Of a DNA stretch of 64,000 bases, positions 25,465-37,400 are shown in pieces. Within the stretch, counting starts at the first letter, position 1, and every line of letters begins with the position of its first letter. Source of the DNA: a virus. The position numbers and the translations under genes are program-made. The notes beneath the pieces were generated by a model. It had not been told where the DNA came from. It saw nothing but the letters and a program-made list of their open reading frames with translations, and ran no database searches. The stretch is from IMG/VR virus record IMGVR_UViG_3300045957_000047, positions 1 to 64,000 of that record. One strand, given 5' to 3'.

Positions 25465-28400
25465 GTACAAGTGATACACCTGCATCCTTTCCCGGTCTCT
25501 TACTTCCTGTAAGTTTCTCTTTTGTGCTTTGGTCGTGTTGTCGTTGATAAACTGGGGTCTGTGTCTTCTGTTTATCGCAACCATCTGTCTCTGCGCTCTC
25601 TCAAAAGAACCTTTGTGTTGCCTGTAGAAGTCACTTTGTTCGATAGCCTGTGCTCCTGCAGTATCTCCGACTTGTTTTAAGGCATTAACCCGTTGACTGA
25701 GTTCCTGCATGCGGTTGAAGTGTCTATAGAAATCGGTACTGACTTGGTTGAAGTCAGAGGCTACAAAGTTTCGAGCAAAGTACAGCCCAGCTTTCTGGTT
25801 GTATGCATAGTCTTCATCTCGGGTAGCGTATTTAATATTCTCAAACGCTGATTCGACCAAATAAGTAATGCTGCCACCAAAAGATCTCATCAAATGCCTG
25901 AGTTTATCCGGGTTCATTTCTGCATACCCATTTCTGGATAGATGTTGAGTGATCTGGTCATACATTTCTTGTTGGCTGTTGTAGCGCACACCAAAAGATT
26001 CTGTCATGTCCCCCTGACCTGCTCCCACCACATCGGTGTACACCGGGATACCCAGGCCATTGAGATTCACGGCAACTTCGTAAAAGGGTTTAGTCACAGA
26101 GGGCAGGGCGGTACCTATTAAGGCAAGCGTAGGGTCGGCAGCAAAGAGACCAGCTACAGGGAATGGCGACACGTTGAGCGTAGGTTCGGAAGCTGCAATC
26201 ATATTCTCAAACGTATTGTTCAAGCCCTGGTGGCCCAGAGCGTAGCGCATGGCTTGGACACCGGCACTAAACGCAGAAGCGGGTGCTCCGAAACCCAAAC
26301 CAAATTGCAATTTTTGATCACCAAATTGCATGACAAAGTTTGTGGTGTAAAGCTTACCTTCTACTTTAGCCAGCTCATCGATGCCTTCCTCTTCATCGTA
26401 ACCGGCAATCATGTTGGCCATGAGATATAGCCCAGCGCCTGCACCAAACGTAATGGCCAGGGTCTCTCCAGCGTAGTCACCCGTCAGTACTGAGTTGATC
26501 AAAGCGGAGGTACCTACACCTGCTGAGCGTGCGAACGCATAGAAGACAGACAAGGGGCCTGTGATACTGCCGCGTTGCTCGAAGTTGGCCACACTCTTGG
26601 CAAGACCTGCCGCCACATCTTTGGGCTGGCCTTGGGCTTGCAGGGCTTTGTAGTAGGCAAAACGTGACAGGGTATCGGCTACCGAGTTCATGACAGCAAA
26701 GGTTTGATCCAACTGCTGTAGCCTTTTGGTAGCTGAACCGCGTCCAGGATTGACTTGAGACAGATCAGCGAAGCTGTTGGGTTGGCTGTCTTTAAGTGCT
26801 GCCACAAGGGATGTAGGGCCACCCAGTTTGAAAAACTCGTTGAGTTCTGCAATGGTAGATCCTGGTCCTTCCGAAGCCACCACCTCTGCTAAGCGATCAA
26901 ACTGGTTGGTCTGCCACAGAGTGATGAAACGTGACACGTCTTTACCGTAATTCAAGCCCCCTTCTGTAAAGGTGTTCATATACTGCCTGAAACCTTGGCC
27001 CCCTTCCTGAACACTGATGTTGTATCCCAGGGTCAGGATATTCCTGATGGCGTCGTAGGGGATAAAAGCCGGGTTACGCCATGTTTTCAGAGAGGCAATA
27101 AAAGAGGTGAAATCTCCCAGTCCCTGCCCTGCGGAAGTCGTTAGGGTCTCTCGGAATAGCCGGTCGACGGCATCGGCTGTAGCGTTACGCACACCGGTAA
27201 TCACATCAGCCCCTTCAGGAGTAGACAGCTGACCCACAATAGCTTGGTCTTGCCCTGGGATATAATAAATCACAGTGCCTTTTGTTCGCCGGGCCATAGC
27301 CCTTTTGAACTCACGACTGTTGGTATCGAACAGCTCAATACCGCCTTTGAACAAGTCTCCACCAAAGCCGTCATCAGCCATGCCATCTCGGTATTCAGAG
27401 GACGCTTTGTTTGCGGCCATGTGGGTGAGTAGGGCCAAGGCATAGTCCCCGGACGTGGACTGTTCAAGAGATCCCATGGCCAGCTGCTGTAGCCCACCGA
27501 ACACATCTTGTGCCAGACTCTCCCGGCCTTCAAAGGCTTTGAAGCTTGAGCTGAATACATCGTTACCATAAAACACACTCAAGGCCTCGTCCTCGTTGTC
27601 GGGGTTGAACCCTTTACCGCGCAAAGGCACGTAGTTCTGCCACCCGTAGGCAGCAATCCGATCTTTCAAACTCTGGCTGAACGCACCTTGCCGTTCTCGT
27701 AACGTGTTACTGGCTGCAACTACTTTCTGAGAAGAGGCTGCAATAGCCTCATAGAACTGCAGGTCATTACCTTGGAACTTGCTGAGTACTTGGTCGGCCT
27801 CAGCATCAGTCAGACCCGAACCTTTCCATGACGCCCTTTGCTGGGTGTCGGTGTGGGTGTAGACAATATCCCGGATATCCTGCATGTTCTGAGGAGTCAG
27901 ATTCTCCGCCAAAGCATCCCGTTGACTATTGAGGGCAGAGTCATTGAGTTTGACCTGGAGTAAGAACGAGGTCTCGTTACGCTCTTTGGCATGCTTGGCT
28001 GTCATGTACAAACCGGCACTGGTTTTGGCAGCATCGATACTGACACCCAGAGCATTGGCCAAGTCTGCCACAGAGCTGTTCAGCTCCGCCATGACTTCGA
28101 AAAAGGTCATGTCATTACCTTGAGCATCCTGGCCCACGACTACCATGTCAGCATCTTTATTCTTGGCCAGGGCTTCCGCTCGGGAGGCATATAACGCGCC
28201 CAGCGAGTGAACAGAGAAACGCGACTTGAGTTGCTCTACATGCCCTGTGATCAGATCTCGGAGTTCTTGAGGTATTTGCTCGTTGCTCTGAATCTCGTTG
28301 ACGACTGCCTGGATACGGTTGTCATCAAAGCGTTTGCGAAACAAAGTCTCAACGACCTGAGTTGTGAATTTAGAATCGGCGATAGCCTGCTGCACAGCTC

Positions 28401-31400
28401 TCCAGGTTTTGCTTTTAAAGAACTGCTCTCGTTTGTTGGGGGATCGAGAGAAGTCTAATGCTGCCTGTGCCTGCCTCTGTGCGAAGTCTCGGAAGTCTTC
28501 GAGTGGAGAGTTTACGGAGCTGACAACCTCACTGCTGCCTACTACGATACGTTCTTGCACGGTGTTTCCAGAGCCATCTCGATAGACGATAGCATCAGGC
28601 TGAGGCCTGGCTGCCCGGACTCGTACAGGTTGGTCCAGTGCTCCTGACTCTCTACCCTGTCGGTTTGCCTCGGAGATCATGGCCATCAAGTCAGCATCCG
28701 ATACTTTGTCAAACCATTGAGCAGGTAAGAATCGCTTCAGGTACTTCTTAAACTTGTTGACAATCTGCTTGAGGGTCTTGGCAATGCCTTTGTCTATAAA
28801 AGGACTTTGAGCAAGTTGAGCCAATACCTCATCAGTGAGTTCAATCTGAGAATCGCGATCACCACTCTGGGCTTGAGCAATCAGATTCTGGTAACGAGTT
28901 TCGAAGGTGTTGGTAGGCACATTTTCTCGTAGCAACTCAAGAAGCCCGGTAACACCTCCGCGTGTGCGGAACGTCCGTTGTAGCGTGAGATCGTAGTTGC
29001 CGCCCAGGGATCGTGACAAGCCTCGGTGGAAGAGTTCCTCTGTTAGAACATTACCCACCTCAAAAGCACTCTGAATCTGATCGGCTACCAGGTAGGCGAC
29101 ATTGCCGTCTGTGAAACCAGATACAGGAATATCAGGCCTGATGTCAGAAGGTAGGTCACTGGTCGTTTGGACAATTACAACACCGTCCGTTGCTTTCTTG
29201 GGCCACGAGGCTGTGAAGTCGCGTAATGCCTGGTCTACGTCGGCTGTTGAAAACTGTTGGGGCGCAGGTAACCCGTTAAGATCCGCATCGGGGAGAGTAC
29301 GTGTTCCGTCCGGTATGGCCTGCGCCCCAACAGAGCGGGTTAGAACAGGACGAGCTGCCCGTGTTCGTGCTGGGTTGCCGGTATTATTGCCCCCGGCTTC
29401 AGGGGCGTCGAGCTTTTTTGCATTATCAATAGCTTTGAGGTAAGTAGCAACACCTTTGCGAATCGTATTCGCCTCTTTTTCAGTATACGGACCGTCCGGT
29501 TTTTCTTTTAGAATTTTCCGGTAATCCGTAACTGCTTGTAATTTAGAAATACGAGTACGTTTTTTTCTGGGTATCAGCGTAGCATCAGGGTCTTTGTTTT
29601 TACCTGTGTTAGCAAACGTTCGAAACCTCTTGACCGTGTCGGGATCACTGACGACAAACTGACCTTCACTATCTGTATCGGGTGTAAACAGTTCCTCAAG
29701 AGAAATGATGTTGTCTACAGTGGTCTCTTCCTCTTGCAACGGAGGGGCGTCAAAGTCTACTTCGCCTTGTATTTCCGACTCGATTTCTTCTTCGACTTGT
29801 TCTTGGACATTTTCTTCTTGCTGCGTTGAGGCATTAGGGATCTCGGCAAACGGGTTATAGACAGACGCTACTGTATCTTGAAACTCTCTAGGTGTCATGT
29901 CCTCATTGATTTGAGCAGTCACTTGCTGAGAGAAACTTTGAGCATCTTCAAGAGACAGCCCAGAGTTTAAGGCCATCTGCTCCAGTTCGGAGCCTACAGA
30001 TGTGCGGCGTCCCTGAGTCAAGGATGTGGCTTTCTCCAGATAGTCAGCAATGGCTTTCTTTTGAGGTGCTGCCAGTTGATCAAACTCTAAATCAAGCCTG
30101 AAACTATTGACAACACTGGCAGCAGCCGCTCTTCGACGTTGTGCAGGAGTGATCTCGGCAACATCCACCGCAGGGGAGGCACCCAATAAAGGCTTGAACG
30201 CCGCCCGGATGGATTTGTTGAGGGGCACACTCTCGGGTCGGAACTCTGAAAACTGGTTATCCGCTTCCTGTTGAACTTGAGACAGCAAGTCAGAAGAGGC
30301 TTGCTCGCTAAGCTGTCTTTGGAACTCTATCTCTTGGGCTTGAGCCAGGTTACCCGAACGGACAGCCTCGCTCATCTGACTAAACAGCTCTGCATCTGTC
30401 TGCTGAGAACGAGCCTCTCTACTCTCTAAGGTCGCTTGTCGAGCCACCTGAGCAGACTCTCTACCCTGCTGTACCCTCTCTATCTCATCTCGGATGCTGT
30501 CAGCCAAAGCTTGTCGCTCTTGGGCTTGAGCCAGGTTACCCGAACGGACAGCCTCGGCCATACTCTGAGCTGCTTGCTCAAATTCCAGTTCCTGTTGTCT
30601 TTCTTGTTCTTGTCTTTGCTGGAGCCTTTCTTGTTCTTGTCGCGTCAACTCATCAGAAGCCAGTTGCTGATCCCTACGAGCATCCCTAAATGCTCTCTCT
30701 GAAATACGTGTTCGCAACTGCTCAGTTTGTTCTGCCTGAGTCAGAGGCCTATTAAAATCCAAAGGGTCAGGAGACTGAGGCTCAACTGGAGCGATGTCAG
30801 CACTGGGATTATCCGGGTTGTTGATATCCAGCTCTCTTGATATTCTGCTTTGCTCTCTTTCAGAGCGTACTCTTGCGATCTCAGAAATCAGACTGTTCTG
30901 CTCTTGGGCCAAGCGTTGTAGCCGAGCTTCCCCTCTGGATATAAGATCCTCTTCTGTGTCTCCCGCCTGGCTTCCAGGCAAAGACTGCAGTAAGTTCTGT
31001 TGTTGTTCCTGAGTTCGAGCCTGTGATAGTGCTTCTCTTTGAGCACCTATCTGATCAGCCAATCGAGCGTTGGAAGCGCCTTGCCGAGCATCTAAAGCAA
31101 CACTGCCTGCACCCAATGCCCCTCCCAAACCGGCCCCCAAGGGAGCACCTACGGCCCCACTGGCCAAAGCCTGGCGTTGTGCTTCCTGGTTGGTTAATAC
31201 CTGCCCTACGCTCAGATTGGGATTCTGCTGTGCGAATTGACCTAAAGCCTCACCACCACCTTCAACAAATTCTTGTGCAGCCTCGCCCGTGGCTGACACT
31301 CCCACACGACCAGCTGCCTGCCCAATAGAGGGCGCTGACGATACAACGGGATTCGCACCCGGCTGGATACGGGCAGGCAATACTTGACCGGCCCTTCGAC

Positions 31401-32568
31401 CCAGGTTACCCAAGGCCTGTTCAGCCACCTGCCCACCCAGAGCACCCGTAAGACCGGCAATGGGTGCTGATATGGCCCCTGCTCCAGCCAGAATCCGGGC
31501 TTGTTCAGTGGTCAGATTTTCATCGACTCCTGAGCCCAAGCCAACCCCTATGGCAGGAGTTGCAGCTGCTGTCCCTTGGATAACACCACCTGTAGGAGCG
31601 GCACGGGTACCCAGGTTTGTCAGTGCCTGACCGGTTCCGGTAGCACCTGCCCGACCTGCCACAGACCCTGCCAAGCGAGCACCTGCACGGGCTGCTCCGG
31701 TGACAGCACCGCCACCCAATGCTGCCCCGGCTGTATTGGCCAAGAGATCTGCTGCGAAGTCTCCATCAGTTAATGTCAATGAGCCTACTTGTCGGGCAGC
31801 ATCAAGGAGAGAAATTTTATCGGGATCGTTGTCAGCTAAGCCTGCCCGGCGAATAATTTCAGACGCTTGGAGACTTGCCGCCTCCGAGCCAATATCGGTA
31901 GGGGCTGCGCTTCGAATATCTGAGGCCAATCCGCCTAGTGATTGACCTAAATCTTCAGCCCCGGCGGCACTGGCTGCAATACCGGCAAGTCCTGGAATCC
32001 CGGCAAGTCCGGTAGCGGCTGCTTTTTTTACACCGTCAAAGAAGGTATCGGCACTCGCTAAGTCTTGTCTTCGATCCGTAGGTACGCTGGTATAGGGTTG
32101 AGCATCGGGGTTTTGCTGTAAGAAATCAGCCTCCTCGGCTGCCAGCACCTGTTTAGCCTGCCGAATGATGTTTCTTTCGAACTCTGTATCTGGATCACGC
32201 CCGGCTCTTGAGAGTCTTTGCAGCTCCTCATCGAGTTTGAAATCAATAGTTGCCCCCAAGTCACCGGATAACCTGGACAAGTAAGCTTCGTTGTTGTCCA
32301 GTCCCAGATCTGAGTAGATGGAGCTGACTCGTTCGACGGCTAACTGTTGGATTTGTTGCTGCTCAAGCGCCTGTTCATTGGCCTGCCTGATCTGAGAAGC
32401 ACTGGGTTGATTGGCCTGTTGAAGTCTCAGGGCTTCGTTCTGTTGAGCAAGGGCCTCGGCAATATCATCCAAGCGTTGATCTTGCCGGATTTGCTGGACG
32501 GTATTGTCGGTGGCTCCGAAGTCGATAAGTAGTTTGATCTGTTCTGTTGCGTCGTTCGCATTTGCCAT
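25444..32568 (-). CDS. Giant internal virion/ejection protein (polyvalent type; LPD38-like C-terminus, degenerate metallopeptidase domain)
   Basis: 2374 aa; Gly/Ala-rich N-terminal segment, EELFHRGL, NYVPLRG, NPAF, NFEQRG, NPDKLRHL; last gene of the structural operon. Confidence 0.75.
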   Translation of the reverse strand: MANANDATEQIKLLIDFGATDNTVQQIRQDQRLDDIAEALAQQNEALRLQQANQPSASQIRQANEQALEQQQIQQLAVERVSSIYSDLGLDNNEAYLSRLSGDLGATIDFKLDEELQRLSRAGRDPDTEFERNIIRQAKQVLAAEEADFLQQNPDAQPYTSVPTDRRQDLASADTFFDGVKKAAATGLAGIPGLAGIAASAAGAEDLGQSLGGLASDIRSAAPTDIGSEAASLQASEIIRRAGLADNDPDKISLLDAARQVGSLTLTDGDFAADLLANTAGAALGGGAVTGAARAGARLAGSVAGRAGATGTGQALTNLGTRAAPTGGVIQGTAAATPAIGVGLGSGVDENLTTEQARILAGAGAISAPIAGLTGALGGQVAEQALGNLGRRAGQVLPARIQPGANPVVSSAPSIGQAAGRVGVSATGEAAQEFVEGGGEALGQFAQQNPNLSVGQVLTNQEAQRQALASGAVGAPLGAGLGGALGAGSVALDARQGASNARLADQIGAQREALSQARTQEQQQNLLQSLPGSQAGDTEEDLISRGEARLQRLAQEQNSLISEIARVRSEREQSRISRELDINNPDNPSADIAPVEPQSPDPLDFNRPLTQAEQTEQLRTRISERAFRDARRDQQLASDELTRQEQERLQQRQEQERQQELEFEQAAQSMAEAVRSGNLAQAQERQALADSIRDEIERVQQGRESAQVARQATLESREARSQQTDAELFSQMSEAVRSGNLAQAQEIEFQRQLSEQASSDLLSQVQQEADNQFSEFRPESVPLNKSIRAAFKPLLGASPAVDVAEITPAQRRRAAAASVVNSFRLDLEFDQLAAPQKKAIADYLEKATSLTQGRRTSVGSELEQMALNSGLSLEDAQSFSQQVTAQINEDMTPREFQDTVASVYNPFAEIPNASTQQEENVQEQVEEEIESEIQGEVDFDAPPLQEEETTVDNIISLEELFTPDTDSEGQFVVSDPDTVKRFRTFANTGKNKDPDATLIPRKKRTRISKLQAVTDYRKILKEKPDGPYTEKEANTIRKGVATYLKAIDNAKKLDAPEAGGNNTGNPARTRAARPVLTRSVGAQAIPDGTRTLPDADLNGLPAPQQFSTADVDQALRDFTASWPKKATDGVVIVQTTSDLPSDIRPDIPVSGFTDGNVAYLVADQIQSAFEVGNVLTEELFHRGLSRSLGGNYDLTLQRTFRTRGGVTGLLELLRENVPTNTFETRYQNLIAQAQSGDRDSQIELTDEVLAQLAQSPFIDKGIAKTLKQIVNKFKKYLKRFLPAQWFDKVSDADLMAMISEANRQGRESGALDQPVRVRAARPQPDAIVYRDGSGNTVQERIVVGSSEVVSSVNSPLEDFRDFAQRQAQAALDFSRSPNKREQFFKSKTWRAVQQAIADSKFTTQVVETLFRKRFDDNRIQAVVNEIQSNEQIPQELRDLITGHVEQLKSRFSVHSLGALYASRAEALAKNKDADMVVVGQDAQGNDMTFFEVMAELNSSVADLANALGVSIDAAKTSAGLYMTAKHAKERNETSFLLQVKLNDSALNSQRDALAENLTPQNMQDIRDIVYTHTDTQQRASWKGSGLTDAEADQVLSKFQGNDLQFYEAIAASSQKVVAASNTLRERQGAFSQSLKDRIAAYGWQNYVPLRGKGFNPDNEDEALSVFYGNDVFSSSFKAFEGRESLAQDVFGGLQQLAMGSLEQSTSGDYALALLTHMAANKASSEYRDGMADDGFGGDLFKGGIELFDTNSREFKRAMARRTKGTVIYYIPGQDQAIVGQLSTPEGADVITGVRNATADAVDRLFRETLTTSAGQGLGDFTSFIASLKTWRNPAFIPYDAIRNILTLGYNISVQEGGQGFRQYMNTFTEGGLNYGKDVSRFITLWQTNQFDRLAEVVASEGPGSTIAELNEFFKLGGPTSLVAALKDSQPNSFADLSQVNPGRGSATKRLQQLDQTFAVMNSVADTLSRFAYYKALQAQGQPKDVAAGLAKSVANFEQRGSITGPLSVFYAFARSAGVGTSALINSVLTGDYAGETLAITFGAGAGLYLMANMIAGYDEEEGIDELAKVEGKLYTTNFVMQFGDQKLQFGLGFGAPASAFSAGVQAMRYALGHQGLNNTFENMIAASEPTLNVSPFPVAGLFAADPTLALIGTALPSVTKPFYEVAVNLNGLGIPVYTDVVGAGQGDMTESFGVRYNSQQEMYDQITQHLSRNGYAEMNPDKLRHLMRSFGGSITYLVESAFENIKYATRDEDYAYNQKAGLYFARNFVASDFNQVSTDFYRHFNRMQELSQRVNALKQVGDTAGAQAIEQSDFYRQHKGSFERAQRQMVAINRRHRPQFINDNTTKAQKRNLQEVRDRERMQVYHLYLDQVRN

Positions 32569-33704
32569 TATGATCGCCGGTCTTGTAAGATAGGTCTCAC
32601 CGTGTCTCGGGTAAATGCTTGCAAAGCCAACTGTAGAGATTCAAGCTCAGCTTGCCGTAGTCGTCCATCAACACGCTCTTGTGCGTTACTGGTTTGTATA
32701 CGCTGGTTGATGTTAGCACGAGCTGTAGGAACTAAACTGGGCACCTCGGCAGATTGTCCCAACTGTGCCAGCGTAGCAATGTTTTGTTGAATGTTTGCCG
32801 GGTTCACAGAAGCCTGTGCTTGCTGAGCGAATTGGGAAGCCAGTGCCAGGTTATCGTCTACCTGCACAGGGACTTGTAGTTGGATCTGGTCGTTAAGTCT
32901 TCTCAGCTGTAACTGGTCTTGCATCAATTGACCTTGGGCAGCTGATTGAGCGATAACCGCTTGTTGGATCTGTTGGTTGAACGCATCAAGCTGTTGTTGT
33001 CTTTGAGCGTCAGAGGCAATCTGATTGGCTTGAGCGGTGCCTTGAACCTGAGCGGCCAGAGAACTTGGAGGCAGTCCAGCAGGCACGTTCAGAGACTGCA
33101 GTGCCTGGATTTGAGCCTGTTGATCACTGGCAGGCGGTGTGTTCACAAATTGTTGGGGTTGAGCCTGCTCAGCCAGTGCTTGCTGTTCTCTTTGAAAGGC
33201 AGCCTCTCGTTGCCGCGCCTCTATAAAACCCCGCGTCGCGGCATCTTGTGCTTGCTGATTCAGTTGTCTTTGAACAAACCCTTGAGGATCGATGAAACTG
33301 AAAACATCGTTGGCCTCATCAACTATGTTTCGAGGAGCTTCAGTGGGTTGTTGGAAGCCTGCAAACTCATCAACCGGATTAATATTGTTGCGCTGTCCAA
33401 GAGGTTGGTTGATGTTTAGAGCCGATGGTTGCGGTTGTTGGAAGCCTGCAAACTCATCAACCGGATTGATATTGCCGGTACCATCAGCTTGCCATAAGAG
33501 ACTGCGGGCATTCTCTACTCCACGTACTAAACCTTCTCGGGCTTGAACAATACGCAAAAGCCTCTGACCTTCAGCAACACCGTTCTGTCTCTGGTATTCC
33601 TCAAAGGCTTGCCGGGCCAGCTCTTGTTCTTGAGGATCTCCAGACGCTGCTAAGATAGACAGACTGCGAGAGATCTGTTTCTGCTCTTCGGTAAGTTCTG
33701 CCAT
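32568..33704 (-). CDS. Gln-rich internal virion protein
   Basis: 378 aa; duplicated NINPVDEFAGFQQP; position in the ejection-protein cluster. Confidence 0.65.
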   Translation of the reverse strand: MAELTEEQKQISRSLSILAASGDPQEQELARQAFEEYQRQNGVAEGQRLLRIVQAREGLVRGVENARSLLWQADGTGNINPVDEFAGFQQPQPSALNINQPLGQRNNINPVDEFAGFQQPTEAPRNIVDEANDVFSFIDPQGFVQRQLNQQAQDAATRGFIEARQREAAFQREQQALAEQAQPQQFVNTPPASDQQAQIQALQSLNVPAGLPPSSLAAQVQGTAQANQIASDAQRQQQLDAFNQQIQQAVIAQSAAQGQLMQDQLQLRRLNDQIQLQVPVQVDDNLALASQFAQQAQASVNPANIQQNIATLAQLGQSAEVPSLVPTARANINQRIQTSNAQERVDGRLRQAELESLQLALQAFTRDTVRPILQDRRS

Positions 33705-34411
33705 TAGTCAATAGTATAGGTAGGTAGGGTGGAGCGGGTAGGCGCTTGAATAGGCTTTCCAGCCGTACTGCCTACTGTAGGCGTTTGGTTTTGCTGAGCT
33801 TGTAGAGCCTGTTGGCTTTGCTGAGTCACCAATCGTTCCAACTCTTTGATTCTGTTCTGGTAATCTATCTCACGCTGTTGTTGGGCAGCCTCGGCTTGAT
33901 TGCCGAACTCTTGTGCAGTAGCGGATGCAGCTGTGCCTGCAAAGGTACCGGGAGCCAGTTGTGGATTGTTTAATGCCAGTGCTTGCTGGATCTGTAGATT
34001 AGCCTGCTGTTGCAAATAGGGGTTGATTCCGAACCCCAGGCTGTTGATAGCCGGGTTGACTGTAGTGGCCAAGCCTTGTTGTGCTCCAAAGGCCGGGTTA
34101 TTTATCGCTGCCGCAGAGACCAGAGGTGTGATGGCAGCACGTTGAGCCACTGCTTGAGTCAAAGCAAACGGATTACTGGTCGCTCCGGCAAAGTTGTCCA
34201 GCCGATCAAGAATGCTGGTACCTTGAGGCTGGTTCTGGAACCCTTGTCGGAACTCCAGGTTGTCAGACGTGTTGAGACCGGTGTTGAATGCATTGAGAAT
34301 GTCTACAAAAGACCGGGCTCGATTGCTGTCGGCAACGGCTGTATTGTTGAGCTGGTTAATGGCAGAATCTCTGCCAGTGCTGAAATCAAAAAGTCCTGGT
34401 AATACGGCCAC
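33704..34411 (-). CDS. Internal virion protein
   Basis: 235 aa, Ala/Gln/Asn-rich; position. Confidence 0.65.
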   Translation of the reverse strand: MAVLPGLFDFSTGRDSAINQLNNTAVADSNRARSFVDILNAFNTGLNTSDNLEFRQGFQNQPQGTSILDRLDNFAGATSNPFALTQAVAQRAAITPLVSAAAINNPAFGAQQGLATTVNPAINSLGFGINPYLQQQANLQIQQALALNNPQLAPGTFAGTAASATAQEFGNQAEAAQQQREIDYQNRIKELERLVTQQSQQALQAQQNQTPTVGSTAGKPIQAPTRSTLPTYTID

Positions 34412-34412
34412 G

Positions 34413-37400
34413 TTAGAAACCTCCTCCGGCGAAAGACAGACCTGTGCCTAATCCTACACCACCTTGCCCAAACCCACCCGTTGGAAATGGCGCTGGTTGA
34501 TTGTTTTGAATAGCCCCTTGTACAGAGTTTCCGAGCAGACCAAAAGAACTGCCGACGGCATTCTCTGCATTGCCCTGCAACAAACGACTGTTGTCTAATA
34601 CATCCTGTCCATGGATAGCTTGGAGGTAGGACAAATGGTTTTTCTGTAGGAAGTTCTTGGCATACGACAGCATTTCGAAATTCATAGAGTAACTGGCTTC
34701 GTTGGCTTGCATTCCAAAAATCCCTTGATCCAGTCCATGACGAAATAGTCCTCGCATCTCTTGTGCTGCGCCCAGTCCATAACTACCAGCGAGCTGATAG
34801 CTGTTTCGCCCTTCTCTCATCAGCTCAACGCCGACACCCATGGAACTGATTCCAGCTTTCAGGTGCTCCAAGCCGTTTAACGTCATGCGATTCTCGTATT
34901 CCAGAGCCTGCTGCAGTTTCTGGTTACCCACCTCTGCTGCCCCTAATCCCATTTGGCTGGCTTGTACGGATGACCCTAAAGCCCCTTGGGTACGATCTCC
35001 GGCAATACGGTTCAGGTTGTGACCTGTCTGAGCAAACTGGTTACCCAATTGGCCGGCACCACTGGCAATAGAGGCGACCTGTGCGTTACTCGATTGAGCC
35101 TGTGCCAAGTAGAACTGACCGAGTTGCGACAATCTTAAGCCGACATCGAAAGCCTGCTGCATGACATCGACCCCTCGATCTTTATTACGCTGAGCATGCT
35201 CTGGCCAGAATCGACCGAGTTGTAACAGGTTCTGACTATCATCCAGAACGTTCTGTACCTGAGCGTTGAACTCACCAGATTCTCGCAATGCCAGCTCCGG
35301 CCAGAAGTGCCACAACTGAACAGTCTGTAACAGGTTATTGATTTGATTCTGTTGCATGTTGGCGGTTAGTCCACCTGAGTTCTGGAACGCATCAATGTAC
35401 ACCCGGCCTCGTTCAACTGACTGATTCAACCGATCGAGGAGGGCCGCAGAGGAACTGCTTTCAGCCTGAGTTAGTTCCAAATGCCGGGTCAAAAGTCCAT
35501 CGACGACCTGTAGGCCACCTGATTGCTCCTCGACCATCCTGCGACGAAGGGCTTCGTTGGCTACAAAGCGCCATCTTTGAGAGGCTTCAAATGCGGCCCC
35601 TTCAGACCTGGCTCCCTGATTTTTCAATTGCATACTGGCGGCAAGGAGATGTCCTGACGCATACCGGGATGTACACCGTTCCAGCTCTTCTTGCGCAGCA
35701 TCAATGCGATCTCTGACGTGAAGAGCCGCAGGCACCTCTAAGGCATAATCAAAAAGATCAGCCTCCTGAAACACTTTGTCCAGGTATGTCTGAGCATGCT
35801 GTATCCCGGACTCAACGACGGGCAGTACCGTAGCGGCCTGCTTGCCTAAGTCTTCAATGTTTCGTTCCAAGACTTGAAGAGGGTCCATACGGTCCCAGAC
35901 CTTTTCATGGTGCAGCAGGTTGTTGATGTCTGCCGGTAACCAGTTATGGTTATACACCTCGTGAAAGTCTCTGGACTTTTGCTCGAACCACTGCCCAAAT
36001 TTAGTCATGTCTTCGGCAGCAGTCTTACCGGTGAACACCAGCTCTTGGGTGGCCTCAACCTCCCGGCTTCTAAAATGGTCGTCATAAAGACTTCTGTCCG
36101 CATTGGACCACTTGTCAATTTTCTCTAACGACTTATTCAGCCCGTCCAAAAGAGTGCATGCATGCCTAAAATGTTGCATGACCAGGTCACATTCTGAGTC
36201 TCGGTAGATACGTTCAAAAAAATCCTGGTCTTTAACCGCTTGATTCTTGAACCACTCGAAACATCGACCAACTTCCGGGGCCAGATTTTCTGCCTGTTGA
36301 AAAAGGGCAGGGTTCAGAGTCGCCTGCGGATCTCCGTAGCAGCTTTTGAAGATACTCTCGACATGTCGGGTGTTGTCTTCGAACCAACGTACTCGGTCAG
36401 CAATCTTCGGGATCAGCTCTGCAGCAGAGGCCATGGCAGCACGGGCTTGTGGCCCTTCTGAAGATCCGTAGTATTCTCGGTATGTGCTGTCGTCACACTG
36501 AGCCTTCTGGTGTAACCAGTCACGAAGCTCGCACACGCGGCTGACCATGCACTCAGTCATATTCATCAGCAGAGGAATCATGGACGCTTCCCCAGGCAGG
36601 TGGTGCTGATCAACGTGGTTGTATACACGCTGGGTTTTATCCCTGACCTCTTGTCGCCAGCCGTTGAGATTGTTGGCAGCACAGTTGGCACTGTCAACGA
36701 AGGCGTTGTAATCCTTTTTGATTGACGGCAGTACGGTTTCTTGCAAGGTGTCGTCGAGGTTCCTTGCCCAGCTCATGGTGTACTCGGAGGTGAACTTGCC
36801 GTTGTCGAGCATCGTGTGTAGCCGGTCAGCCAAGTGTGGAGCTTCTTGGTGCTGGATACCTCTCCAAAGCTGGTAGTACGCATCAAACTCATCGGTTGCA
36901 ACTTGACAAGCGTATTGCCCTCGACAGTTGATCATACCAATACGGTCGTTGTGTCCCTCCAGTAACGCAGTCTCGCACTGCTTAACCAAGCCAGGAGAGT
37001 CTTCAGTACCGATCAACGCATCAGAACAGGCTGCCATCAAATTGAAGTTATCGTTCGATGTACAGATCCTGTCCAGGTTCTTGTCTAAGAGCTTATTGTA
37101 CAAGTCCAGAGACTCAATCAGGCCATAGATAGCCAACGGAATCTGAGCTTGGTACACCCTCTGCTGCAAACATTTGGCTTTTTTCTCTGTCTTCCACCAG
37201 TCTTCCCAGAGCATGTAGTATTGCTCTTGAGGTGTCTTGCCTTTCAGCTCCAGGTGGGTGACGTTATCGCAGGTGATGTAATCGATTAAGTCACTGACCC
37301 CCAGAAAGTTCAGAGCTGTGTCGATAAACCCTTCTTTGGGTACCGCATCACTGGCCTCAGCACCATCCCAAGCAGGACAGTATGCGCCCAGTGCGGTGAA

